Source: a virus. From it: a DNA stretch of 41,409 nt. The stretch is taken from UHGV virus genome UHGV-0177896; one strand, 5' to 3'. The notes below the pieces were generated by a model. That model was not told the DNA's origin and did no database searches. It saw only the letters and a program-made list of their open reading frames with translations. Shown in pieces: positions 9,428 to 19,954 of the stretch. Position 1 is the stretch's first letter; each line of letters opens with the position of its first letter. The position numbers and the translations under genes were made by a program.

Positions 9428-10014
9428 TATCCGCCTCCCAGTAATGACGCCACGTTACCCGTGATGCTTTTCAGCAGTGAAGTATCTGGAGGCTTTGTGG
9501 TTTTGTTGCCGCTGTTCTGTACCGCCGACGTGCTGGCCCCTTCCTTCATGTTGGTTTTATCCGCGACGGTAATCTGCTGTGTCCGGGAGATAAGGACCTC
9601 CCTCAGGGTGAGGACGGCGGACAGGACGTTTTCGGTTGTCTTGTCCGTCGTCACTTCCAGCGCCCGGATCAACATGTTGCTGTACAGTCGTTTACCGGTT
9701 ACCACATCGAAGGGGATACGGCTTTCCTGCAGATCCAGTAGCTCCTGATACGTCTGCTGAGGACTCAGGCCGAGCAGGCTGGTAGCCATCAGGTTACTGG
9801 CAAAATCCAGCAATGCGCCGCCACCGGCGAAACCAACCTCCATCACCACTTCTGACGGTTTTTTATAGGCATGATCAGCGACAGCGGCCCCGACCTCTAC
9901 CGGATGCTCTGTTATTTCAAGCATATCTGTATGCTTCTCTGAAATAACAACACTGGGAACAATCATTCCTATTTTTCTGCTCTGCTGATGAAAAAGTGTA
10001 GAGAGAATATCCAC
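9427..10014 (-). CDS. Tail protein (hypothetical, 195 aa; gpU-like position)
   Basis: ORF immediately downstream of the tape measure with a coupled stop/start. Confidence 0.45.
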   Translation of the reverse strand: MDILSTLFHQQSRKIGMIVPSVVISEKHTDMLEITEHPVEVGAAVADHAYKKPSEVVMEVGFAGGGALLDFASNLMATSLLGLSPQQTYQELLDLQESRIPFDVVTGKRLYSNMLIRALEVTTDKTTENVLSAVLTLREVLISRTQQITVADKTNMKEGASTSAVQNSGNKTTKPPDTSLLKSITGNVASLLGGG

Positions 10015-12002
10015 TACCCCACCCTCACCTGATTACTTCGCATGACCTGAGCATTTGCAGACTGTTGCCGACGTGCAACCTCATTACCGACAGCGTGCGG
10101 ATCTCCGCCACCGTAAATGTGGTAGGTATTTTGCTGGTTAACCTCTGTCACTTTGCCACTAATTCCCGCCACGGCAGCCTTATTAATCAGCTCTCGAGAA
10201 TAGATATTTCTTCCATTCTCATGCTGGATAATGCTGCTCATCAATGCTGACATGGTTTGCGGATCGCTCATATTCAGGGCAGCCCGGGGATCCACTCCCA
10301 GTCGTTGCGATACAGCCCTGATATACGCGGTTGTGTTGTTATTATCAGACGCAGGTGCCCAGGTAGAGATAATTTTCTCCACACTGTTTATTCCCCGTCC
10401 GGCGTACAGCATTAACTGACGAGCAAGAGCCCGTAATCCATCAAAAGCAGTTTCAAATCTGGCAAATCGCCCGCCCGGGCGTTCAAGAGAAGCCCCAGCC
10501 TGACCAGCAAAATTAAGATTTCCCGGATTGTTATTCCGTTCTCCTCGTTTCGTAGCCTGTGCATGTTGTTCCGGCTCATCATCACCAAACCAGCCGCTTA
10601 CCGTCCGGCCCACACTGCGGGGATCAAATCCCCAGTGCTCTTTAATCCAGTCGGCAGTACTGTTAGCGCTGTCTGTAACCATCGGCATCGCTGACGGATT
10701 TTCGCTGCCCTGATTAAGTATCTGTTTGCCGATGCTGACGGCATCAGCCCAGCGGCCATCTTTGATAGCGTTGAGCAGGTCGGCGATCATGTTCAGCATT
10801 TTGCTGAATTCGCCCATCTGGTCGATGAAGTTGCTGAAATCCCACTTCAGGGACCATGATTTGGGGTCAATATTGAGCAGTTTCGCCAGCGCTTTTACCA
10901 GGTCGTTAACGGTCGTTTTAAGGTCACGAACCATCTTCAGCGCGGCATCAACCTCCGGTTTCCACTTGCCCCAGTCAATCAGGCTGTCGCCGCCTTCCTT
11001 CCAGGTCTGATAGTCCTCCCACAGGAGGGCAATCCCCGCCGCCAGCGCGGTAATGAGGCCAATCGGCGACATCCAGAACGTACTGTTCAGAATGCGCAGC
11101 GCAATCGTCAGTGCGCCAAACAGCGAGATCAACTCCCGCGTTTGCTTATCCAGCGATTGCCACCAGGTGATGAGGCCTGATGTCCCCTCAATCAGTCTGA
11201 AGAACAACCGCCCGATAATATCCCCGAGCGCCAGAATGCCTTTTATGGCTTTCGTCAGGGTCTGCTCGATACGCGGGAAGTTGTCCAGGATATGGCGGCG
11301 CAGAGTGTCCAGCGAACCCGCAAGCCCACCCGCAAGATTAGAGCCGATTTTGTCACGGGCCATGCCTGCCATCGCGCCAAACTCACGCAGGGAGGTCATA
11401 AATTTGTTGGAGCTTCTGGCCGCCTCGTCAGCATTGAAGCCGATAGCTTTCGCCATTGCGCTGTACTGCCCGGAGAAGCCACCCACACCGCGACGCACAG
11501 CCATCAGGGTATTTTCGTCAATGCCCAGCATCTGCGCATACTGGTTAGCACGGTAATACGGCATGTCGCTGAGCTTCTGGCCTACCCCTGTAAAAATAGC
11601 GGCCATGTCACGCATGTTACCGCTGGCATCCCGTGTCTGTACCCCCAGACGATTCAGAAATCCCTCCGCCCCGGGATTATTACGAATAAACCGGGAGAGG
11701 TTTTCCAGAGAAGATCGCGCAGCGTCCACGCTGCCGCCAACCTGCGAAACCGCATAGCCAATAGACTGAATTCCCTGGACTGTCGCGCCAGTGCGCTGTG
11801 ACGCCCAGTAAAGATTATCCAGGCCGGAGGCAATCTTAGCCGTAAAGGCCACCACGGACAGTGCAGCTCCTTCAACGGCCAACCCCATTTTGATGACATT
11901 TGCAGTTGTACCGGCGAGGACAGAACCGAATTTTTTTGCTCCAGCATCATCCACACTGAAGCCAAGCGAGACGAGGAAATCTTTAATAGTTTCAGCGTTC
12001 AT
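10014..12002 (-). CDS. Tail tape measure protein
   Basis: About 662 aa, Ala/Gly-rich with long predicted helical stretches. ATG at 12002 with a GGAGAGAGG SD; the ORF-track start at 12023 is TTG. Located after the chaperone/frameshift pair. Confidence 0.8.
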   Translation of the reverse strand: MNAETIKDFLVSLGFSVDDAGAKKFGSVLAGTTANVIKMGLAVEGAALSVVAFTAKIASGLDNLYWASQRTGATVQGIQSIGYAVSQVGGSVDAARSSLENLSRFIRNNPGAEGFLNRLGVQTRDASGNMRDMAAIFTGVGQKLSDMPYYRANQYAQMLGIDENTLMAVRRGVGGFSGQYSAMAKAIGFNADEAARSSNKFMTSLREFGAMAGMARDKIGSNLAGGLAGSLDTLRRHILDNFPRIEQTLTKAIKGILALGDIIGRLFFRLIEGTSGLITWWQSLDKQTRELISLFGALTIALRILNSTFWMSPIGLITALAAGIALLWEDYQTWKEGGDSLIDWGKWKPEVDAALKMVRDLKTTVNDLVKALAKLLNIDPKSWSLKWDFSNFIDQMGEFSKMLNMIADLLNAIKDGRWADAVSIGKQILNQGSENPSAMPMVTDSANSTADWIKEHWGFDPRSVGRTVSGWFGDDEPEQHAQATKRGERNNNPGNLNFAGQAGASLERPGGRFARFETAFDGLRALARQLMLYAGRGINSVEKIISTWAPASDNNNTTAYIRAVSQRLGVDPRAALNMSDPQTMSALMSSIIQHENGRNIYSRELINKAAVAGISGKVTEVNQQNTYHIYGGGDPHAVGNEVARRQQSANAQVMRSNQVRVG

Positions 12003-12231
12003 TATCCTCTCTCCATTTCTCAATGCGCCGCTGGTTATCCGCTTTTACCGCCAGATGGTCATTCAAGAGAGCAATATCGTACAAATCGACAGAGCCATCT
12101 TTAAGTGCTGTATAAGGAATTAACCCGGCGTCAACCGGATTGAGAAGGTAGGACAGCCCGTCCGGCAGGCTGTTAAACGTCAGCCCTGTTGCAGGCTCTG
12201 CGTCGTGCTGGTAAGGGGGGTAGGCAAAAAA
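11992..12231 (-). CDS. -1 frameshift extension of the tail assembly chaperone (G-T / E+E' type)
   Basis: Slippery heptamer T_TTT_TTG at 12225..12231 near the 3' end of the chaperone gene. The -1 frame stays open for 77 codons and ends at a TGA just past the tape measure ATG. Confidence 0.65.
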   Translation of the reverse strand, partial: FFAYPPYQHDAEPATGLTFNSLPDGLSYLLNPVDAGLIPYTALKDGSVDLYDIALLNDHLAVKADNQRRIEKWREDNER

Positions 12232-12632
12232 TTTCCCAGCGAATCGGCGACCACCCGCACCACCAGATGAAGCATGACCAGCAGGTCAATATCATCAAAC
12301 ATCAGTTCGCCCCGGGTAAATACCGGCACCCATCCGTCCATATGACGCCGCGACACCACCGCAAGACAGGGATGAATAATCGCATCGGTGTCATCTTCGG
12401 TCAGGGAAGACAGTTCCTCAGCGATACGCGGGAGCATGGTTTCAAACACCGGTTTTAACTGCTCGAATTTCACGGTGTCGATTTTGCCGTCAGCAGGCAA
12501 ACGGGAGCGAATGCTCCCGAAATCTGACATCATTCCCGCCAGTACCGGCAGAAGTTTGCGGGTCACTTTCAACTGGTCAAAAACGCTGAGTTTTGCCACG
12601 CGATATTTCACGCCTTTGATTTCGAATTCCAT
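12180..12632 (-). CDS. Tail assembly chaperone (lambda G / P2 E analogue)
   Basis: 150-aa ORF between the tube and tape measure genes, carrying the slippery site and a downstream -1 ORF. Confidence 0.7.
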   Translation of the reverse strand: MEFEIKGVKYRVAKLSVFDQLKVTRKLLPVLAGMMSDFGSIRSRLPADGKIDTVKFEQLKPVFETMLPRIAEELSSLTEDDTDAIIHPCLAVVSRRHMDGWVPVFTRGELMFDDIDLLVMLHLVVRVVADSLGNFLPTPLTSTTQSLQQG

Positions 12633-12635
12633 GTA

Positions 12636-13076
12636 TTAAAACTCCCCGAGAACCTGGTCAATCTTGCCGCAGTCAAACACCCACGGCATCGTATTACCGG
12701 TTTTAGCGTTGGCGTTATCCGGTTGTTTCTGGAACGCAACACTGCGTGCTGTGATGATGTCGCCGCTGACCTTGTTGCGGATCACGATAACGTTATTCCC
12801 CCATGTGGCAGAAGACTGGCTCTGTGCGTTATACGCCAGCGACAATTTTTTATTTGTCGGTGATGTCTTCAGAAGGTTAACGGTAATCGTCCCGCTTTTA
12901 TCTGCATGGAGGCTGTGCATCACTTCACCATCAGCACCGATGGTCATGGTGTTTTTAGGACCGCCCATCGCAACCACAATCCCCTCTTCAGAACTTGCCG
13001 AACCGTACCCGAGGTCAATCGAACCGGTCGGCCCGGTCAGCGTCGCAGTGACATCCATAAAAGAATAGGTAGACAT
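12636..13076 (-). CDS. Tail tube protein
   Basis: 146-aa ORF immediately downstream of the sheath gene; canonical sheath-tube-chaperone-tape measure order. Confidence 0.6.
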   Translation of the reverse strand: MSTYSFMDVTATLTGPTGSIDLGYGSASSEEGIVVAMGGPKNTMTIGADGEVMHSLHADKSGTITVNLLKTSPTNKKLSLAYNAQSQSSATWGNNVIVIRNKVSGDIITARSVAFQKQPDNANAKTGNTMPWVFDCGKIDQVLGEF

Positions 13077-13086
13077 TCACTTCCCC

Positions 13087-14232
13087 TTAGCGAACAACGT
13101 TAATCTGTACGTCAGCGTAATGAACCGCGCCTGCAAGTTTTATTGCAGCCTGAATCACCGGAGCCTTACGGGCTTCACGTTCTGATTGTGCCTGTTCATC
13201 CAGCGGCTGGGCGTATACGTAATAACCTTTGGGCAGCGTGTCACCTGATGACAACTGACCAAGGTCGCCACCGTTCCATACGCCCGGAGCAATCAGTCCA
13301 TTCTGAACGGCCTGATCCAGTGATTTTTCAACATTTGATAACAGTCGGGTAATACCGGCTTCAGTCTGGGGAACTTTCGTGGTGCTGGTATAAAGCAGGT
13401 TATAGAGGTTGGTCTGCACATAATTCTGTAACCAGTCCAGGCCGTGGCGTTCATCAAAGAAATCGCCGTTAGCCATCACTCCCTGCTGGAGGATAGCCGT
13501 ATCATTCTGGTAGTACACGAATACATTGCAGTTTTTTGCATCAAGTGCCGATGCCTGGCTGACTGTCAGTGTTTCATACCCGACACCCGGCTCCTGCTTA
13601 AACTTGAGCGTAATCGCGGTATTACTGCCATTGAAATTAACCGTGAATGCCCGGCCAAATGCAGATAACGCAGCATATTTATTACCCGATGAATACTGAA
13701 TAAAACTGCGTGAATATCCGGCGGTTTTCAGTTTTGATGCCAAATCATCGCTGGATGCAGTCTGCAGGCATTTATCATCGCTTGTCGTAATCGCCAGAAT
13801 ACGGCTTACAGAAGAGGATTCGATCACCGCAGCCACTTTCAGCCAGTCTGCATCCGGAATATCTTCATCGTCTGCAATCCCCAGCCCATACCATGAAGTA
13901 TAATCGAGCATGGCATTCACAGCCTGCTCCAGCGTCTCAGGCGTGGCCTGTTCGCTGTCTCCCTTCGTTTTCACCCAACGACCAACAAAAACCTCCTGAG
14001 GTTTCGGTGATTGTGAGAAAAACACCTGCGCAGCTTTATATTCTGGTGATTCCACGCCAAAATCTTTTCCAATATCTTCCGCGGCAGAATAACGACGAAT
14101 GCGCTCACTTACCGGAATGATTGTGGACGGGCCGAGAATGAGTAATGCACCAAAATTTCGCCCTGATGCTGCACGCGGCGACATGATCACATCAACATTA
14201 ACAACGTTTGATACAGGCAAGCCCTGTGCCAT
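13087..14232 (-). CDS. Contractile tail sheath protein
   Basis: 381-aa ORF upstream of the tube gene; size and position typical of myovirus sheath proteins. Confidence 0.65.
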   Translation of the reverse strand: MAQGLPVSNVVNVDVIMSPRAASGRNFGALLILGPSTIIPVSERIRRYSAAEDIGKDFGVESPEYKAAQVFFSQSPKPQEVFVGRWVKTKGDSEQATPETLEQAVNAMLDYTSWYGLGIADDEDIPDADWLKVAAVIESSSVSRILAITTSDDKCLQTASSDDLASKLKTAGYSRSFIQYSSGNKYAALSAFGRAFTVNFNGSNTAITLKFKQEPGVGYETLTVSQASALDAKNCNVFVYYQNDTAILQQGVMANGDFFDERHGLDWLQNYVQTNLYNLLYTSTTKVPQTEAGITRLLSNVEKSLDQAVQNGLIAPGVWNGGDLGQLSSGDTLPKGYYVYAQPLDEQAQSEREARKAPVIQAAIKLAGAVHYADVQINVVR

Positions 14233-14235
14233 AGC

Positions 14236-14844
14236 TTAATCTCCGAAAAAGATGACTGGTGCTTCCACCAGCGATTTAATACCGTACTCGCGCACAACCT
14301 TCCGGCGCAGACGCACCGTCATATCGTAGCGGCGGACCCATTGCTGATTAATAAGTTCAGGGAAGGGAGTCAGACCTGTGTAATCGCCAAGAGACAGCCC
14401 CAGCGCATTCAGTGCTGCGTTGTTCTGCGGTACAGATATACCGTCACGAAACCGGGACGCATACACCATCCCCGACGGACCATAAAACGAAGCCATACAC
14501 TCAATCGTTTCATGCCGCCAGAGCTGAGAGCCATCATCGGTCTGTCTGGTGAATGCCGGACTGTCATCACCTGACCATCCGATAACCCCAAACGCACACC
14601 AGTTCGTTTCAGCCGGTAGCAGTGGCGGTTGCTCTTTCTGCCAGCGCGGACGAACCATCCCGGCAGACAGACCGGAAACGTTACGCATCCACTGGCTTAA
14701 CAGCCTGTCGAGCGCTTCGTCATAATCCGGATCGCCACTGGTTGGTATCAGCCATCCGCGCTCTGTGCTGGTGTTATTGCTCAACCGAAATTCCCCCATC
14801 AAACGGCAGCAACTCACAATGCGCCTGAACGAATCCGGCACCAT
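14236..14844 (-). CDS. Head-tail joining / tail completion protein
   Basis: ORF between the head and tail modules. The true start may be an internal Met (about 14799), given overlap with the upstream ORF. Confidence 0.45.
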   Translation of the reverse strand: MVPDSFRRIVSCCRLMGEFRLSNNTSTERGWLIPTSGDPDYDEALDRLLSQWMRNVSGLSAGMVRPRWQKEQPPLLPAETNWCAFGVIGWSGDDSPAFTRQTDDGSQLWRHETIECMASFYGPSGMVYASRFRDGISVPQNNAALNALGLSLGDYTGLTPFPELINQQWVRRYDMTVRLRRKVVREYGIKSLVEAPVIFFGD

Positions 14845-15163
14845 ACGCTGTATACGGGTCGACGAAAGTCACACGATAATCACGGCCCTGATACGTCACG
14901 ATATCGGCATCACGGCCAGTCTGTCCCTGCGTCAGTCGCTCAGTCGTCACAATCAGAATTGCACCACTGATTACCTGCCCGGCCTGCATACGACGGTTTT
15001 CCAGAGAGCGATCAACAGTTACGACTCCGGCAAACTGCTTTTTAACTTCGCTGTCGCTGCCGATCCCGTCCTCATCCACCGTTTGCCCACGGCGTGTTAC
15101 CCACAAATTGAAGTCGCAAAAATCGAGGTCAAAAAGCACATCTGTTACATCAAGTGTCGGCAT
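14774..15163 (-). CDS. Head-tail connector protein (hypothetical, 129 aa)
   Basis: Compactly arranged ORF in the neck-gene block. Confidence 0.45.
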   Translation of the reverse strand: MPTLDVTDVLFDLDFCDFNLWVTRRGQTVDEDGIGSDSEVKKQFAGVVTVDRSLENRRMQAGQVISGAILIVTTERLTQGQTGRDADIVTYQGRDYRVTFVDPYTAYGAGFVQAHCELLPFDGGISVEQ

Positions 15164-15704
15164 TTTTATCCCTCACAACATGGGTAATCGCTCTGCGATA
15201 TTGCCCGGTGTCAATTAATGGTTTCGCCAGTTCGGTTCCCGGGGATTCGCCAGCAGCACGCCGGGCAAGTTCCAGTGTTGCCCCCTTGCGCCCCCGACGA
15301 GCCCGGGCTTCAACAGTACTGTCAGCAAGCGGCGTAAAGCCGGTAATGGTCATGTAACGCCTGACGCCATTAACGGCCAGCGTTCCGGCACGGTTGAGTG
15401 CGCTTTCTGCTCCCGCAGCATTACCATCAAGTGCAGCCTGCGCCGCGGTTTTGAGCTGCGGCACCGTCAGCTCTTCTGCCGATTTAACGCCGGGGACCAG
15501 GTGAGGTCGTGGCGGGATGTTCTGCTCTGGTGAGCCGTATTCGTTGAGGTAACCGATGCCCGCATTACCAAACGGAACATCATCCCGCCCGCTGTCTTCC
15601 GAAGGGATGCCGACCAGCACATCTTTTTTGGTTAACGACCTGAGCGCATCCAGAATGGCCTTAGCGTTATCCACCCTCGTTGTTACACCGCTTTTGAAAC
15701 TCAT
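15150..15704 (-). CDS. Head-tail connector / head completion protein (hypothetical, 184 aa)
   Basis: ORF in the neck-gene block with overlapping stop/start to its neighbours. Confidence 0.45.
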   Translation of the reverse strand: MSFKSGVTTRVDNAKAILDALRSLTKKDVLVGIPSEDSGRDDVPFGNAGIGYLNEYGSPEQNIPPRPHLVPGVKSAEELTVPQLKTAAQAALDGNAAGAESALNRAGTLAVNGVRRYMTITGFTPLADSTVEARARRGRKGATLELARRAAGESPGTELAKPLIDTGQYRRAITHVVRDKNADT

Positions 15705-16108
15705 AGCTGGCGACCGCCTGCACCGAACATCGTGATCAACTGATAAAATTCAGCGCCATATCGGGTGTTATTCCAGAAACCTGCATCAGGATTCAGCGTC
15801 GCGCTGGTGTCATAGCTGACGCTTACCTTGTCAACGGACTTTGAGGACTGAACACCATTGGTTGAACCGCCCGGACCACCAGCCAGCATCGCTCTGCTGT
15901 CTGCCGCCCAGAGCGTCATGTAGTGCGCAACGAACAACCCGGCAAAGTACGGAAACAACTTTTTGCCGGTGACGTTTTCGGTCAGCAGTTCATCGGCCAG
16001 ATTCAGACGGAACCCGATTTGGGCGTCTGGATATTTTGCCGGGTCAGCAAACTGCGGGAAGTCGCGTCGAAAATCACTTACCGCTGGCAGACTTTGATTC
16101 TTTGACAT
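15701..16108 (-). CDS. Head-tail connector protein (hypothetical)
   Basis: ORF 15701..16192 trimmed to the internal ATG at 16108 (MSKNQ...) to limit overlap with the upstream gene. Start is uncertain. Confidence 0.4.
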   Translation of the reverse strand: MSKNQSLPAVSDFRRDFPQFADPAKYPDAQIGFRLNLADELLTENVTGKKLFPYFAGLFVAHYMTLWAADSRAMLAGGPGGSTNGVQSSKSVDKVSVSYDTSATLNPDAGFWNNTRYGAEFYQLITMFGAGGRQL

Positions 16109-16442
16109 CTTTAGCCCCATTACCGCCAGCCCGGGCGGCAGTAATTTGCGCCTGCAGGCTGTCGTTCTGCTCCTGCAGTTTGAGCAATGCATTTTTCAGA
16201 TCGGCAATCAGCTTATCTTTGTCGGCAATCTGCGCTTGCAGGCCGTCGATAATGGGTTGCAGATCATCGGTGTCGCTAATCACGCTTTCGGAAAGCTCAG
16301 AGTGCGCCTGGGTGAACCAGTGCGACGCGACTTCTTCCGGTACGTTATGTCGTCCCCGGCCAAACTCCTGTTTTGACTGATCGCCGAGCGTCAGCGTAAA
16401 CGGGGTGTGAACATGGATGGTAACCAGCTTTTCTTTCGCCAT
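16074..16442 (-). CDS. Hypothetical head-associated protein (122 aa)
   Basis: ATG at 16442 with an AAGGAAA SD, starting [12 protein letters not shown]-terminal half is predicted coiled-coil ([33 protein letters not shown]). Confidence 0.5.
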   Translation of the reverse strand: MAKEKLVTIHVHTPFTLTLGDQSKQEFGRGRHNVPEEVASHWFTQAHSELSESVISDTDDLQPIIDGLQAQIADKDKLIADLKNALLKLQEQNDSLQAQITAARAGGNGAKDVKESKSASGK

Positions 16443-16482
16443 TTCAGTTTCCTTCAGGCCCCTTTCGGGGCCATTCTGGTTA

Positions 16483-17424
16483 TCAGATACCGTCCACATA
16501 GGACAGAGTTTCTTTATACACTGGCTCAACCGCACCCAGCTTGCCGTAGTAAGTGACGATCTGATACAGACCGCGATACTGCACCGGCACGCTCTGAAGC
16601 GGAACCAGCGGGTAGCGGACGTATTTTTTATCGTTGGTGTACGCAACCATGCGATCCTTTTTCCCCACACCACGGCCTTTCAGCCATTTAACCGCGCGGA
16701 TATTCAGCGGAACACCGTTCTGGTGATAGCTGATGGTGTTGGTCTGAAGATACGTCAACAAGGACTGGTTACCCGCAGATGAAACGATGATGCTGGACAA
16801 CAGAGCAAACTGCTCAGGCGGGATCAGCAAATCACGCGGAACCACAGAGTAACCGGAAGCGGCCCACGCATCAGACAGCACCTGGTTAATGCTTGCGCGG
16901 ATTTCGTCCGGTGTTGAGGTTGCCCACGTTTTGGCAGCGTTGTTGACAGGCACGCCGTCCAGGGTAACAAGGCCTTTCAGGTTTAATGCGGAATCGCCAA
17001 CATATACCTGTTCATCGTTATCCATCTGCCATTTCAGTTGCATACCGTCATACTTCTGCGTATCAATCGGGCGGCCGACCTGCTGAGCAGCCTGCAATTC
17101 TATGACCGTCCAGCCAAGTTCCATCCCCCACAGGTTCAGCGGGTTACCGGATTTGCCGGTATCCACGTTCACGCCAGCAATAGCGGTTGAGTCTTTGCCT
17201 ACCCAGTTTTTGCCATTCGGATTTGCACCAGTACCCGCAGCGGCGAAGCTGGTATTCGTCCAGCTGGAAATGTCATCTGCGATAGAGACATCTTCACGCA
17301 ACTGAATATCGCGGGTCCAGGTGTACCCCACCAGTGGCAGGTTCAGCGTCTGGTCGAGTCGCTCCAGCTCCCCGATGAGAAAGGCACCAGAGCTGTCAAC
17401 GGTTGCCTGATCAAAAGTAATCAT
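16483..17424 (-). CDS. Major capsid protein
   Basis: 313-aa ORF downstream of the scaffold/protease-like and small head protein genes; size and position fit a major capsid protein. Confidence 0.6.
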   Translation of the reverse strand: MITFDQATVDSSGAFLIGELERLDQTLNLPLVGYTWTRDIQLREDVSIADDISSWTNTSFAAAGTGANPNGKNWVGKDSTAIAGVNVDTGKSGNPLNLWGMELGWTVIELQAAQQVGRPIDTQKYDGMQLKWQMDNDEQVYVGDSALNLKGLVTLDGVPVNNAAKTWATSTPDEIRASINQVLSDAWAASGYSVVPRDLLIPPEQFALLSSIIVSSAGNQSLLTYLQTNTISYHQNGVPLNIRAVKWLKGRGVGKKDRMVAYTNDKKYVRYPLVPLQSVPVQYRGLYQIVTYYGKLGAVEPVYKETLSYVDGI

Positions 17425-17435
17425 TCGTCTGTTCC

Positions 17436-17942
17436 TTAAATCTTCCAGGAAATTTCTGCATTGCCGTCAGCATCACCGGCACCTGTGAATTCAGCGTTGG
17501 TCAGCACCACATTTTTGCCACTGACTGACGTGGACATGAATCCACCCAGCGGCACTTTGATGGATTCATCAGTGGAGACGACAACGTATACCGGGTCGCC
17601 TTTTTTGATGGTGCTGGCATCAAAATCAGAACCGAGATTAACAGTCACGTAGCCACGCTTCATGGCGTCGCCCGGGAAGTTCTTGCCTGTTCCCACCTGG
17701 CGAACCATGTCCGGCTGCGACGTGGTCGGATAAGGGCGCACGTAGATCCCCTTCACCTTGTCTGCGGTATCACCATCTGCCAGCGGCACGAAAAAACCGT
17801 CATCATCGTATTTACCAGCCAGGCCATAGGCAGCGAAGGCGTTATCGGATTTAAGGACCACCGGTTCGACGGTTAAGTCCTGCGGGCGAGAGACAGCCCC
17901 GGCAATGCCAACAGGCATCCGGTACAGAAATACATTATTCAT
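17436..17942 (-). CDS. Head protein (decoration or scaffold-like, 168 aa)
   Basis: ORF between the scaffold/protease-like gene and the major capsid gene. Confidence 0.45.
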   Translation of the reverse strand: MNNVFLYRMPVGIAGAVSRPQDLTVEPVVLKSDNAFAAYGLAGKYDDDGFFVPLADGDTADKVKGIYVRPYPTTSQPDMVRQVGTGKNFPGDAMKRGYVTVNLGSDFDASTIKKGDPVYVVVSTDESIKVPLGGFMSTSVSGKNVVLTNAEFTGAGDADGNAEISWKI

Positions 17943-17945
17943 TTT

Positions 17946-19166
17946 TTACCCTTTACGGTTTGCCCAGAATTCAGCGTTTTGTTTGTTCAGGGAAGCGATA
18001 CTGGTCATGCCCATGTTTGGGCGCTGTGCATCGCCGGTGGTGGCGCGGGTGTTTCGCCCTTTGGCAATCTCAGACACGGCATTAAACGCCATGTCGACCG
18101 ATTGTTTCGGCAATTTGCGGATATCCGCATCACCGACTATCTGGCGAACCAACGTTTTGTCAGCAGAAGACAGAACCTCGCGTTTGAACGCGGTCGGTTT
18201 CATCTTACGGCTCAGATCGATACCCGGAACGATAACTTCAGCACGCCAGGCTGAGTCACCAGTAATCGTGGTTTCCTCTTCATCGTCCTCGCCGTCACCG
18301 GTCGGATTATCGTCAGGCTTATTGTCGTTATCGCCCGTGGCATTTCCGTCCAGCTTAGCCAGCAGGGCTTTCAGTAATGTTTTGAGGTCATCATCACTGT
18401 CGCCGGTTGGACCTCCACCCATCTCTGGTGCTTTGTCCGGTAGTGGTTGCTGCGGGGACAGGTTGATGTTGAGATTAACGCCCTGCGGCAAATCCCCCTC
18501 ATCTCCTGTAACCGATGCGGGAGCCGACTCCACCAGTTCGTTCATGGTGTCGGCATCTCCTGTCTTGATGGCTGCACGCATGCGGTTCCACCAGCTTTTC
18601 TTTTGATTTGCCATTGTGTCTCTGTCTCCAATTGCACAACGATTTCCGGCTCTGCCTTTAGGGACAAGAGCCACATGGTTTCCGGTAATATCGACCTGCT
18701 CGGCTTTACCTGGCTCGGTCTGCTCATACTCCGCGTCATAGCCGCACGACACTTCGCGCAGGCCATCTTCGATAAGCTGAATGGCGCTTTCGTCTTTGAC
18801 GATAAGGTCAGCCAGCATCAAATCAGACTGCTCACCCGTCCCGCGCCGGACATTCTGGAGGTGCCCGACAGCAAGCTCTTTCCAGTTCTCGGGATTTACC
18901 AGCCGCACATTCCCGTTTTCATCTTCAGGATGCAGGATCGTGATGCTCATCCCTTCGAATGAGGCAAGCGTGGCCGGATGGAATACCTGCTCAGGAGAAC
19001 GTGTGACGACTATTTCACCGAACTTATCGGGTTTCAGTTTTGGCAGGTCATCAGCACCATAGAGCTGCTTACCTGTTCGTCCTATCGGCACGTCTTTGCA
19101 CAGCAACGAGCCGTCAGCCAGCTGATAGCGGGTTTCCCCCAGCCGGGTATTGAAAAAATATTTCAT
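17946..19166 (-). CDS. Head scaffolding / prohead protease-like protein (Mu gpI-like position)
   Basis: 406-aa ORF with an acidic low-complexity central region (GDSDDD...DDNPTGDGEDDEEE). Lies between the morphogenesis gene and the capsid genes. Confidence 0.5.
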   Translation of the reverse strand: MKYFFNTRLGETRYQLADGSLLCKDVPIGRTGKQLYGADDLPKLKPDKFGEIVVTRSPEQVFHPATLASFEGMSITILHPEDENGNVRLVNPENWKELAVGHLQNVRRGTGEQSDLMLADLIVKDESAIQLIEDGLREVSCGYDAEYEQTEPGKAEQVDITGNHVALVPKGRAGNRCAIGDRDTMANQKKSWWNRMRAAIKTGDADTMNELVESAPASVTGDEGDLPQGVNLNINLSPQQPLPDKAPEMGGGPTGDSDDDLKTLLKALLAKLDGNATGDNDNKPDDNPTGDGEDDEEETTITGDSAWRAEVIVPGIDLSRKMKPTAFKREVLSSADKTLVRQIVGDADIRKLPKQSVDMAFNAVSEIAKGRNTRATTGDAQRPNMGMTSIASLNKQNAEFWANRKG

Positions 19167-19180
19167 GTGTTACCTGCGAT

Positions 19181-19954
19181 TCAGGCGGGATAAGAATGGG
19201 AGGAGGGAAAAACGATTTCTTTATAACAGCGACAATTCGGGAGCTCGCCAGCGTGACCGGTCATGCCATCAAGCGTTGGAGGTTTGCCCCATTCGACAAA
19301 TTTACCTTCCATTTCCCGATGAGAATGCCTGACGTCACCATCTTCGGCTGTACGCCAGATATAACCATTCGAACCAATTGCCAGCGCACGCGCCTGATCC
19401 AGCGCGCCGGTTGCACGTCCAAGTTCAGTACGGGCAATCAGGTCAGCTCTGGACTTTGCTATATCACCCGATGCGGCTATTTCTTTAGCAAAATGTTCCG
19501 CTCTCCCACCGGTCACAACAGCTTCAATCGCCCGATTCTGGATGTCGTACACCCTGTCAGCCGCCTCGAGGGGTAGCGATTTAATGTACTTAACCTGTTC
19601 AGCAACGATGGATTTCATCACCTGCCCTGGCGGGGCACTGTTTACCAGATTGCGTAGCTCACGGCTGATGGTTTTGCTGTGTTTACGCCACTGCTCATCA
19701 TTCTTGCGCACAATATCGGCGGTAAAGTTTTCCGCGACCTTTGTCGCCCAGGGGGTGATGATTTCACTGTAGCGTTCCAGCGCCTCAATAATTTCCGTGA
19801 TACTGTCATTTGAACCATCGTAGTGACCATTTACGATGTCCCCGACCGCCCGCGCTATCCTGCGTAGGCTGGTTCGATACCGGATTTCCGCCTGACGGTT
19901 CCTGCGGTTCGTCATCAGGTTCGCCGATGCCGGGCGGCGCTTCATCTTCGGCAT
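19181..19954 (-). CDS. Head morphogenesis protein (Mu gpF / SPP1 gp7 family)
   Basis: 257-aa ORF downstream of the portal. The first ~50 codons overlap the portal 3' end in another frame, so the start is uncertain. Confidence 0.55.
   Translation of the reverse strand: MPKMKRRPASANLMTNRRNRQAEIRYRTSLRRIARAVGDIVNGHYDGSNDSITEIIEALERYSEIITPWATKVAENFTADIVRKNDEQWRKHSKTISRELRNLVNSAPPGQVMKSIVAEQVKYIKSLPLEAADRVYDIQNRAIEAVVTGGRAEHFAKEIAASGDIAKSRADLIARTELGRATGALDQARALAIGSNGYIWRTAEDGDVRHSHREMEGKFVEWGKPPTLDGMTGHAGELPNCRCYKEIVFPSSHSYPA

Noticed and set aside
9146-19576. Many plus-strand ORFs inside the structural module (for example 9146..9748, 11053..11556, 11292..11801, 17905..18606, 18447..18962, 19196..19576)
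   Set aside because: Each is antisense to a longer minus-strand structural gene in a tightly packed operon. Their translations are Arg/Ser/Pro/Cys-rich in the way typical of antisense frames in GC-rich DNA.
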